From a virus, in the IMG/VR virus record IMGVR_UViG_3300048834_001178, positions 1-64,000 of that record: a stretch of 64,000 nucleotides of DNA; one strand, given 5' to 3'. This document shows, in pieces, positions 28,650 to 36,716 of this stretch; positions within the stretch are counted from its first letter, which is position 1, and the number at the start of each line of letters is the position of its first letter. The position numbers were made by a program, and so were the translations under genes. Under the pieces are notes generated by a model, which was given only the letters and a program-made list of their open reading frames with translations, did not search any database and was not told the DNA's origin.

Positions 28650-28834
28650 ACGAGCCTAAGCCATCACCACGACCGAGCGGGGTCCAGGCCAAGGGGCTGG
28701 CGTGTCCGAAGTGCGGGTGTCGTCACTTCGAGGTGCTCTACACCCGTGCGGCGCTTGGAGGCGTGATCCGCCGCCGTCGCGCGTGCCGGAACTGCGGCCG
28801 GCGCGTGACGACCACCGAGCGGCTCGGAGCCTAA
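28646..28834 (+). CDS. Small Zn-ribbon protein (NrdR/Ogr-like)
   Basis: CPKCG...IRRRRACRNCGRRVTTTE. Confidence 0.7.
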   Translation: MNEPKPSPRPSGVQAKGLACPKCGCRHFEVLYTRAALGGVIRRRRACRNCGRRVTTTERLGA

Positions 28835-28888
28835 GCGAGCCAGCGGGTTCTACCGGTGGAACAACTTCGCGCATTCGGGACACGCAGT

Positions 28889-28926
28889 TCGGGATCAGAG
28901 TGTGCAACGGGTTAGGTGCTCTATGG
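28889..28926 (+). promoter_or_regulatory. Bipartite motif, copy 3 (upstream of head-tail operon)
   Basis: TCGGGA-N12-ACGGGTTAGGTGCTCTATGG; 20/20 identical to the core of copy 2. Confidence 0.75.
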
Positions 28927-29144
28927 AGAACTGCACCTTGCCGGAGCCCGCCCCCAACCTCGACCAGGCCATCCGCGACAACGCGTCGCAGCCCGCGAAG
29001 GCGTCGGTTGACGGGCAGTCGGTCGAGCAGCACCCGCTGAAGGACCAGATCGAGGCCGACCGCTACCTCGCGTCCAAGGACGCCGCGAGGAAGCCCGGCC
29101 TCGGCATCAAGTTCGCCAAGATCGTGCCCCCCGGTTCTGTCTGA
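28923..29144 (+). CDS. Head completion (gpW-like) protein
   Basis: Small ORF between TerL and portal; SVDGQSVEQH motif. Confidence 0.65.
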   Translation: MENCTLPEPAPNLDQAIRDNASQPAKASVDGQSVEQHPLKDQIEADRYLASKDAARKPGLGIKFAKIVPPGSV

Positions 29145-29151
29145 CCCATTC

Positions 29152-30720
29152 ATGCTCACAGCCATCGCCAACATCATGAGCCGGGTCGGCCGCGGTACTT
29201 CCGCCGCCTCTCCCTCCCCGGCGGCGTCGCGCCCCCCCGACTCGCACGGACGCGGGTCGCGCGGCGGCCGTCGGTTGGTCGTCGCCAAGTTCGACTCGGC
29301 ACAGACCACCGCGGACAGCCGCAAGCACTGGGCGAATGCCGACGGCCTGTCGCCCAACGCCGCGATCAATCCCGAGGTCCGTCGCGTCCTGCGCAACCGG
29401 GCCCGCTACGAGGTCGCCAACAACAGCTACGCCAAAGGCATCGTCCTCACGCTCGCCAATGACACCATTGGCACCGGTCCCCGGCTGCAGATGCTCACCG
29501 GCGACGCCGAGGCCAACGCCCGCATCGAGGACGCGTTCGAGCAGTGGTCGCGGGCGGTTGACCTGCCCGGCAAGCTCCGCACCATGCGGATGGCCCGCGC
29601 CGAGACCGGCGAAGCGTTCGCGCTGCTCGTGAACAACCCCGGAGTGCTGTCCCAGGTCTCGCTCGACGTGAAGCTCATCGAGGCGGACCAGGTCTGTTCT
29701 CCGCTCATGCGTCGTGGCCGGAGCGATGAGATCGACGGCATCCTGCTGGACCAGTGGGGCAACCCTTCCGCGTACCGCGTGCTCAAGCGGCACCCCGGCG
29801 ACAACAGCGCTCTGCGTGCCCCTGTTGACGACCTGCTGGCGTACGACACGCTCCCCGCCGCGTCGGTGGTGCACTACTACCGGGCCGATCGGCCGGGCCA
29901 GCTCCGAGGCATCCCCGATATCACGCCGGCGCTCCCGCTGTTCGCGCAGCTCCGCCGGTACACGCTTGCGACCATCGCGGCTGCCGAGACCGCCGCCAAC
30001 TTCGCCGCCGTGATCTACACCGACGCGCCGGCCAACGGCGAGGCCGATCCTCTGGAGCCGATGGACGAAGTCGAGCTCGAGCAGCGACTCGCGACCGTCC
30101 TCCCTGGCGGCTGGAAGCTCGGGCAGGTCCACGCCGAGCAGCCGACCACGACGTTTGGGGAGTTCAAGCGCGAGATCCTCAACGAGATCGCCCGCTGTCT
30201 GAACATGCCGTTCAACGTCGCGGCGGGCAACTCCTCGGGGTACAACTACGCCAGCGGCCGCCTGGACCACCAGGTGTACTTCAAGAGCATCCGCGTCGAG
30301 CAGCACCAGATGCAGCTCGCCGTGCTCGACCGCATCCTTAAGGCGTGGCTCAACGAGGCGGTGCTGGTCGAGGGGCTGCTCCCGCAGTCACTCCGCACGA
30401 TCGCACGCACGCTGCCGGAGCACGCGTGGTTCTGGGATGGCGTCGAGCACGTCGATCCCGCCAAGGAAGCGAGCGCCCAGGCGACGCGCCTGGCCAACCA
30501 CACCACCACGCTCGCCGTGGAGTTCGCCCGGCAGGGTCGCGACTGGGAGCAAGAGCTCCGCCAGCGGGCCAAGGAAATCTCGCTCATGAACGAGCTGGGG
30601 CTCTCGCCCGCCACCGCGTCACCAGCGACGAGCACGCCCGCGGAGCCGCCAGCCCCGGCCGACGACGCCGACCCCGCAGACACCGTTGACGAGGAGACCG
30701 CCAGTGCCAGTGCCAACTGA
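29152..30720 (+). CDS. Phage portal protein (lambda family)
   Basis: LRNRARYE..NN, RPGQLRGIP, YNYASGR, VDPAKE. Confidence 0.93.
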   Translation: MLTAIANIMSRVGRGTSAASPSPAASRPPDSHGRGSRGGRRLVVAKFDSAQTTADSRKHWANADGLSPNAAINPEVRRVLRNRARYEVANNSYAKGIVLTLANDTIGTGPRLQMLTGDAEANARIEDAFEQWSRAVDLPGKLRTMRMARAETGEAFALLVNNPGVLSQVSLDVKLIEADQVCSPLMRRGRSDEIDGILLDQWGNPSAYRVLKRHPGDNSALRAPVDDLLAYDTLPAASVVHYYRADRPGQLRGIPDITPALPLFAQLRRYTLATIAAAETAANFAAVIYTDAPANGEADPLEPMDEVELEQRLATVLPGGWKLGQVHAEQPTTTFGEFKREILNEIARCLNMPFNVAAGNSSGYNYASGRLDHQVYFKSIRVEQHQMQLAVLDRILKAWLNEAVLVEGLLPQSLRTIARTLPEHAWFWDGVEHVDPAKEASAQATRLANHTTTLAVEFARQGRDWEQELRQRAKEISLMNELGLSPATASPATSTPAEPPAPADDADPADTVDEETASASAN

Positions 30721-32653
30721 TTCCATGAAGATCCTCCCCGCGCTCACGTTCACCGCGACGGCGGACATCACTTTCTCCGCCGCGGCGGATGGTCAGAGCG
30801 CGCCGCTGCCCCGGTTCAAGATGGTCGCGTACACCGGCGGCGCGATGCGCGTCGCGGGGTGGCGAGCCCCGGTCGTGATCGATCTCGCGGGCCTGGCTGT
30901 CCCCTCGCAGGCACGTCCCATCCGCTTCGGGCACGACCCGCTCTCGGGCGTCGGCCATACGGACGCGATCCGCGTTGAGGCCGGGCAGCTGGTCGCGACT
31001 GGAGTCATCTCCCGCGACACGCCCGCCGCCAAGGAGGTCGTTGCCTCCAGCCGGAACGGATTCCCTTGGCAGGCCTCCGTCGGCGCGAGCGTCGAGGAGT
31101 TCGAGTTCATCAAGGACAACCAGAAGGCGACGGTCAACGGCCAGGAGATCTCCGGCCCGGTGAACGTCGTCCGCAAGGCCACACTCGGCGAGATCAGTTT
31201 CGTGGATCTCGGCGCAGACGGCCGCACCAGCGCGAGCATCGCCGCGCGTCTTCTCAAGGAGCCCAGCGTCATGGCCGACGATTCCAATCCCATCTCCTCA
31301 CCGTCCTCGACCCCTGCCGTCACCGGCACCGAGCAGACGCCCGAGCAGGTTCGTGCCGCGGCGCTCGCCGAGACGGCGCGCATCGAGTCGATCCGCAAGG
31401 TCTGCGGCAGCAAGCACACGAGCATCGAGGCCCAGGCCATCCGCGACAACTGGGATGCCACGCGCACCGAGCTCGAGGTCCTGCGTGCCAGCCGCCCCAA
31501 GGCCCCAAGTGGTCCACCCGCGGACTACGGCGTGACCAGCGAGGTGCTGGAAGCGGCCTGCTTCCAGAGCGCCAAGCTCGAAGGCATCGAGAAGGTTTGT
31601 TCGGAGCAGGCGATGGATATTGCCGCCAAGCGATTCAAGGGCGGCCTGGGTCTGCAGGAGCTGCTGTTCGAGGCCGCGATCGCCAACGGCTACACGGGCC
31701 GCACGTTCCGCGACAGCCGCCGCGTGCTCGAGGCCGCGTTCGGACGCGGCATCGAGGCGGGCATGACCACCATCGATGTGGGCGGCATCCTCTCCAACGT
31801 CGCCAACAAGTTCCTGCTCGAGGGCTTCTTCAGCGTCGAGCGCGTGTGGCGGAGCATCTGCGCCGTCCGCAACGTCAGCGACTTCAAGACCGTCACCAGC
31901 TACCGCCTGGTCGGCAAGGACCAGTACGAGCAGGTCGCCCCCGGCGGCGAGCTCAAGCAGGGCACGCTCGGCGAGGAGACCTACACCAACAAGGCCGACA
32001 CCTACGGCCTGATGCTCTCGATCGACCGCCGCGACATCATCAACGACGATCTCGGCGCGATCACCACGGTCCCCCGCAAGCTCGGCCGTGGCTCGGGCCT
32101 GAAGATCAACGACGTCTTCTGGACGGCGTTCATGAACAACGCCGCGTTCTTCAGCGCCGGCAACAAGAACTTCATCTCGGGCGCGGACACCGCCCTCGGC
32201 ATCGACGGCCTTACCAAGGGCGAGGTCGCCTTCATGGACCTCGTGGACTCCGACGGCAAGCCCACGGGCGTGATGCCAGCGATCCTGCTGGTGCCTACGG
32301 CGCTCTCGGCGATGGGCACGCAGCTCTACAAGAGCGTCGAGCTCCGGGACACGACCGCGAACACCAAGTTTCCCGTCGCCAACCCGCACCAGGGCAAGTT
32401 CCGCATCGAGGTCAGCCGCTACCTCTCCAACGCCCTCTACACGGGCAACTCGGCCAAGGCGTGGTACCTGCTCGCCGACCCCAGCGACCTGCCGGTCATC
32501 GAGATGGCGTTCCTCAACGGCCAGGAAGCCCCGACCGTCGAGACCTCGGACGCGGACTTCAACATGCTCGGCATCCGGATGCGTGGGTACCACGACTTCG
32601 GCGTCAACCTGCAGGACCCGCGCGGCGGCGTCAAGAGCAAGGGCGAGGTGTAA
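30704..32653 (+). CDS. Prohead protease-major capsid protein fusion
   Basis: N-terminal AYTGG..H..GFPWQASVG..EISFV.LGAD; C-terminal capsid domain (DFK, IINDDLGA, AFLNGQEAP, DFG). Confidence 0.9.
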   Translation: MPVPTDSMKILPALTFTATADITFSAAADGQSAPLPRFKMVAYTGGAMRVAGWRAPVVIDLAGLAVPSQARPIRFGHDPLSGVGHTDAIRVEAGQLVATGVISRDTPAAKEVVASSRNGFPWQASVGASVEEFEFIKDNQKATVNGQEISGPVNVVRKATLGEISFVDLGADGRTSASIAARLLKEPSVMADDSNPISSPSSTPAVTGTEQTPEQVRAAALAETARIESIRKVCGSKHTSIEAQAIRDNWDATRTELEVLRASRPKAPSGPPADYGVTSEVLEAACFQSAKLEGIEKVCSEQAMDIAAKRFKGGLGLQELLFEAAIANGYTGRTFRDSRRVLEAAFGRGIEAGMTTIDVGGILSNVANKFLLEGFFSVERVWRSICAVRNVSDFKTVTSYRLVGKDQYEQVAPGGELKQGTLGEETYTNKADTYGLMLSIDRRDIINDDLGAITTVPRKLGRGSGLKINDVFWTAFMNNAAFFSAGNKNFISGADTALGIDGLTKGEVAFMDLVDSDGKPTGVMPAILLVPTALSAMGTQLYKSVELRDTTANTKFPVANPHQGKFRIEVSRYLSNALYTGNSAKAWYLLADPSDLPVIEMAFLNGQEAPTVETSDADFNMLGIRMRGYHDFGVNLQDPRGGVKSKGEV

Positions 32654-32656
32654 GCC

Positions 32657-33130
32657 ATGCCCGGGCAGGTCAGCACAGGCGCTGGGGGGCTCGGCGAAGA
32701 GCTCCCCGGCGACCTTCAGAGCGGCATCGATCAGCAATCGGGCATCGACACCGATGGCCCACCAACAGATGGAGGTTCAGGCATGGCTTCAGGACCAGCG
32801 AAGTTCGTTCAGGAAGGCGGCTCGATCGACTACACCCCCGGCGCTGACGTGCTCGTCGGCGCGGTGGTGGTGCAGGCCGACCTCATCGGCGTCACTCAGG
32901 CACCGATCAAGGCGGGCCAGTTGGGATCGCTCGCCGTCACCGGCGTGTTCGATTTCAACAAAGCGGTCGGCGCTGGCAGCGCCATTCCCATCGGGACGTT
33001 GACGTACTGGGACGCCGGGGCACAGGTCGCCACCAAGAACGCGGCGGCCGGGGCCAACAAGCTGATCGGCAAGTGCATCAAGGCCACTGTGGACGCGGAC
33101 ACCATCGTTCGCGTGCGCCTGCAGCAATAA
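32657..33130 (+). CDS. DUF2190 capsid cement/decoration protein (alternative start 32783)
   Basis: FVQEG.SIDYTP, GVFDF, YWD, VRVRL. Confidence 0.85.
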   Translation: MPGQVSTGAGGLGEELPGDLQSGIDQQSGIDTDGPPTDGGSGMASGPAKFVQEGGSIDYTPGADVLVGAVVVQADLIGVTQAPIKAGQLGSLAVTGVFDFNKAVGAGSAIPIGTLTYWDAGAQVATKNAAAGANKLIGKCIKATVDADTIVRVRLQQ

Positions 33131-33139
33131 GGAGCACCT

Positions 33140-33520
33140 GTGGGCGACCTGCTCGATCGCGGCGCGGCGTTCCTCGACGCCCAGCGTCATCAGCACCTCT
33201 CACGCCCGGTCGTCTACCGGCGTGGCACGGACGAGAAGGAAGTCCAGGCCACCATCGGCACGACCCAGTTCGAGCAGGCGGACGAGGCTGGACTCATTCA
33301 CCGGGTGGAGTCGCGGGACTTCCTGGTGCGGGCCTCGGAACTGGATCTGGGCGCTGGCCCGATCCTCCCGCGGGCGGGCGACCAGGTGCGAGAGACGGTT
33401 GGCACGAGCGTGTTCGTGTACGAGGTCAATGCCCCCGGTGGACAACCGCCCTGGCGCTACAGCGACCCGTACCGCAGGGTTCTTCGGATTCACACCAAGC
33501 ACATCGGCACGGAGACGTGA
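33140..33520 (+). CDS. Head-tail joining/closure protein
   Basis: Position after the cement gene; RDFLV..LPRAGD, RIHTK. Confidence 0.65.
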   Translation: MGDLLDRGAAFLDAQRHQHLSRPVVYRRGTDEKEVQATIGTTQFEQADEAGLIHRVESRDFLVRASELDLGAGPILPRAGDQVRETVGTSVFVYEVNAPGGQPPWRYSDPYRRVLRIHTKHIGTET

Positions 33521-33825
33521 TGGCGGACTCAGGCAACAACTCCAACGGACAGAACGGCAGCGCCCGTTGGGCCGGCGTGGTCGTCACGGTCGTGCTCGCG
33601 GCGGGCGCGATGACCATCCAATGGGGCGTGGTGACCACCAAGCTCCAGCAGGTGGAGAAGCGGCTCGATGAGTTCATCGGCGAGGCCCGCAGCATCCGCG
33701 CGCAGTACGCCGAGATGGAGCGCAAAATCTGGTTCCTCGAGGGCAAGCTCTCCGGGCTGACGTCCAACTCGCCACGCCAGACTGTGCCAACGACCGGAAC
33801 GCCCATGATCGGCGGTGGCCCGTGA
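33520..33825 (+). CDS. Small membrane protein with coiled coil
   Basis: Hydrophobic WAGVVVTVVLAAGAMTI followed by heptad repeats. Confidence 0.6.
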   Translation: MADSGNNSNGQNGSARWAGVVVTVVLAAGAMTIQWGVVTTKLQQVEKRLDEFIGEARSIRAQYAEMERKIWFLEGKLSGLTSNSPRQTVPTTGTPMIGGGP

Positions 33826-34253
33826 GCACCATCGCCGCCCTCGCCGATGCCGTCGCGGCGCACGTGAGCGCCGGGTCCTACGGACAGCCCGTCACGGCCG
33901 TCCGGATGTACCAGCCCGCGTTCACGCTGGAGGACCTCAAGGACCTGCGGGTCTCGGTGGTGCCGCGTACGGTGCAGATGACCCCGGTGACGCGGGACAG
34001 CCTGGCCATCGAGTACGTCATCGACGTGGGCGTGCAGAAGAAGCTCCCCGCCGAAGGGGCGGACGCGGCGATCGATGAGTTGCTCGTGCTGGTCGAGGCG
34101 ATCGCGGACCACCTGCGGTTCCAAAGACTGCCGGGCTTCCCCGACGCGGCGTGGGTCGGGATCAACAACGAGCCGGTGGTGTCGAGCGAAGCGCTCGAGC
34201 AGCACCGGGTGTTCACCAGCGTGCTGAGCGTCACCTACCGGGAGCGGAGGTAG
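33822..34253 (+). CDS. Tail terminator-like protein
   Basis: Position before tail tube; IDVGVQKK, FTSVLSVTY. Confidence 0.6.
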   Translation: MSTIAALADAVAAHVSAGSYGQPVTAVRMYQPAFTLEDLKDLRVSVVPRTVQMTPVTRDSLAIEYVIDVGVQKKLPAEGADAAIDELLVLVEAIADHLRFQRLPGFPDAAWVGINNEPVVSSEALEQHRVFTSVLSVTYRERR

Positions 34254-34255
34254 CC

Positions 34256-34513
34256 ATGCGCAACACGATCATCTTCGGTGTGGCAATGACGGACGAGCTC
34301 AAGCCGCTGGCGACCCAGAAGACCATCGCCACCTTCACGCTCACCGCGTCGCACAAGAACACGCAGGACCTGCTGCTCTCGGACGGGAAGACGGACCCAA
34401 TCGAGGTCGCCCCGGGCACGCAGTACTACTTCGAACGGGTCAACCTGGCGGACATTCTGGTCAAGAGCAAGGCGGGCGAGATGGTCTTTGTGGTCGGCCA
34501 CAGCGCCGAGTGA
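34256..34513 (+). CDS. Hypothetical virion-region protein
   Basis: GGAGG RBS; inside the structural operon. Confidence 0.6.
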   Translation: MRNTIIFGVAMTDELKPLATQKTIATFTLTASHKNTQDLLLSDGKTDPIEVAPGTQYYFERVNLADILVKSKAGEMVFVVGHSAE

Positions 34514-34525
34514 AAGGAGTCAGCG

Positions 34526-34954
34526 ATGGCAATCAAGCTCGGCATGGAGGCCGCCCTCAAGTACAAGGTCGGCGGTCAGGGCGGCGCGGGTGCGTGGACG
34601 GCGCTCGGCAACACCCGCGACGTGACGCTCAACCTCGAGGCGGGCGAGGCGGACGTGACCACCCGCGCCAACAGCGGCTGGCGGGCGACGGTCGCCACGC
34701 TCAAGGAGGCGAGCGTCGAGTTCGAGATGGTCTGGGACACAGCGGACGCCGGGTTCACCGCCATCAAGAACGCGTTCTTCGGCAACGACCCGATCGGATT
34801 CCAGATCCTCGATGAGACGAGCGGCCAGGGCCTGCAGGCGGACTTCTCCATCACGAACTTCTCGCGGAACGAGGCGCTGGAAGAGGCGATCACGGTGTCC
34901 GTCACGGCGAAGGTGACGTACTCGGCGACGGCGCCCTCATGGATCGGCGGCTGA
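34526..34954 (+). CDS. Tail tube protein
   Basis: EADVTTR..GW, FSRNE.LEE..TVSVT; strong RBS. Confidence 0.8.
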   Translation: MAIKLGMEAALKYKVGGQGGAGAWTALGNTRDVTLNLEAGEADVTTRANSGWRATVATLKEASVEFEMVWDTADAGFTAIKNAFFGNDPIGFQILDETSGQGLQADFSITNFSRNEALEEAITVSVTAKVTYSATAPSWIGG

Positions 34955-34958
34955 GCCC

Positions 34959-34998
34959 GTCGGATTGCTGTCGGATCTGCGTCGGATTCCTGTCGGTT
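34959..34998 (+). repeat. Four GTCGG(A/T)T units at an 11-bp period
   Basis: Units start at 34959, 34970, 34981 and 34992. Confidence 0.7.
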
Positions 34999-35018
34999 CC
35001 TGATTGACGGAGGCACGG

Positions 35019-35534
35019 ATGCGATCGTTCAAGGACAACCAGGGGCGGCAGTGGTCGGTGGAGATCAACGTCACCGCCATCAAGCGTGTGCGCGGGCTTA
35101 CCGGCGAGGACCTGATGCAGGTCATCGAGGGGACGCTGATCGAGAAGCTGATCCGCGACCCCGTCCTGCTCTGCGATGTGGTGTACGCAATCTGCAAGCC
35201 CGAGGCGGACACCCGCAGCGTCTCCGACGAGGAGTTCGGCAAGGCGATGGCGGGCGACGCCATCGAGGCCGCGACGACGGCGGTGCTGGAGGAGCTCGTG
35301 GGTTTCTGCCCGAGCCCGAGGGACCGGGCCAACCTCGGGCGGGTGCTCCAGGCCACGAGCCGCGTGCTGGACAAGGCCCGCGACCTGACGGAGAAGCGGA
35401 TCCAGACGCTGACCAGCGAGAGCGAGCTGGACAAGCTCGTGAACCGGATGGTCCCACCGCTCCAAGAGCCGCAGACGCCTGGAAGTTCATCTACCAGTGT
35501 GCCGGAGCCCTTGGCGTCGATCCCGGGCCCCTGA
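35019..35534 (+). CDS. Tail assembly chaperone (gpG-like)
   Basis: Between tail tube and tape measure; overlapping -1 frame ORF downstream. Confidence 0.7.
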   Translation: MRSFKDNQGRQWSVEINVTAIKRVRGLTGEDLMQVIEGTLIEKLIRDPVLLCDVVYAICKPEADTRSVSDEEFGKAMAGDAIEAATTAVLEELVGFCPSPRDRANLGRVLQATSRVLDKARDLTEKRIQTLTSESELDKLVNRMVPPLQEPQTPGSSSTSVPEPLASIPGP

Positions 35535-35776
35535 AGCTGCGCGAGCTGGTCGCCATGCTCGACGGTCGACAACGCCACGACTGGTCGATCGCCGCCGCCG
35601 TCATGTCCGTGGTGGCCAACACCGCCCGCGATCCCAAGCGATCCCGCCTGCTCAAGCCCGCCGACTTCGACCCCTTCAACAAGCCCCAGCGACCCGTCAA
35701 GGTTGACGTGTCGGTCCTCAAAGACGTGTTCATCGACCGCCGCATGCCGGAGGTCCCCAAGGAGACTCGCGCATGA
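35470..35776 (+). CDS. gpT-like chaperone extension, probably made by -1 frameshift (5' limit approximate)
   Basis: Protein-like WKFIYQCAGALGVDPGPLKLRELVAM...DFDPF in the -1 frame with no nearby start codon. Confidence 0.55.
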
Positions 35777-36267
35777 AGAGCCTTTCGACCCGCCACTACG
35801 TCTACATCGGTGCTCTGATCCTGCTGGCGCTCGTGCTTGCGTCGTGCGCCGGCCTCGACCTCGGCGACATCGTCAAGGTCAAGACGCCCAACACGATCCA
35901 GCAGACCACCGGCCTGCCATCGACGCTCAGCCTCAATGAGGCCGAGGTTGAGTACCAGAACTGGTTCAACCTCACGCAGATGACCGGCGCGCAATGGAAA
36001 GGCAACATCGAGAAGGCGGGCGAGATCCGCGGGTTGCTCGGGCAGCTCACGCTCTCGGCCCTCGACACCGTTGGCCCGACCGTCGCGGGCCTGCCCGTGC
36101 TCGGACCGGCGCTGCCCGCGCTCACCGGCATCGTTGGTCTGTTCATCGGGTCCGGCCGTCTCCGCAAGGAGAAGGAGGCGTCGTTCAACAAGGGCCTGGA
36201 GAAGGGCAGCACCATCGCCGGCACCGGCGGTGGTCAGGTCGGGGGCGCTGGGAGCAGCGGCGCATGA
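35773..36267 (+). CDS. Lipoprotein-like membrane protein
   Basis: Signal peptide ending LAS-C (lipobox) and a second hydrophobic segment. Confidence 0.6.
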   Translation: MKSLSTRHYVYIGALILLALVLASCAGLDLGDIVKVKTPNTIQQTTGLPSTLSLNEAEVEYQNWFNLTQMTGAQWKGNIEKAGEIRGLLGQLTLSALDTVGPTVAGLPVLGPALPALTGIVGLFIGSGRLRKEKEASFNKGLEKGSTIAGTGGGQVGGAGSSGA

Positions 36268-36710
36268 TCACCATGCGGATCAAGGACATGTTCTTCGACC
36301 GCCACGTCGTCATGGCGGCGGTCGACAACGCCAAGCGGAAGGTGCTCAGCAAGGCCGGCGCGTTCATCCGCACGGCGGCCAAGACGAGCATCCGCAAACG
36401 CAAGGGGTCGGCTCCTCCCGGGGCCCCGCCCCATTCGCACGAGGGCAGCCTGCGTCGGCTGATCCTCTTCGGGTACGACAAGCCGAACGACTCGGTGGTC
36501 GTCGGGCCGGTGGGATTCAAGAAGAGCGAGGCACCGAACGTGCTCGAGCACGGCGGCGACACCGTCGTGTTCCGCAGGTTGGGGGGGCGGGGCGGCAAGC
36601 TCACCTCGCGGAAGGTCAAGATCGCGCCGCGGCCGTACATGGCTCCGGCGCTGGAGAAAGAGCGGCCGAAGCTGCCGCTGTTGTGGCGGAACTCCGTCAG
36701 GAAGGGCTAA
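36264..36710 (+). CDS. HK97 gp10-like tail completion/neck protein
   Basis: Basic protein; LEHGG, PRPYMAPALE. Confidence 0.7.
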   Translation: MITMRIKDMFFDRHVVMAAVDNAKRKVLSKAGAFIRTAAKTSIRKRKGSAPPGAPPHSHEGSLRRLILFGYDKPNDSVVVGPVGFKKSEAPNVLEHGGDTVVFRRLGGRGGKLTSRKVKIAPRPYMAPALEKERPKLPLLWRNSVRKG

Positions 36711-36716
36711 GTCACC

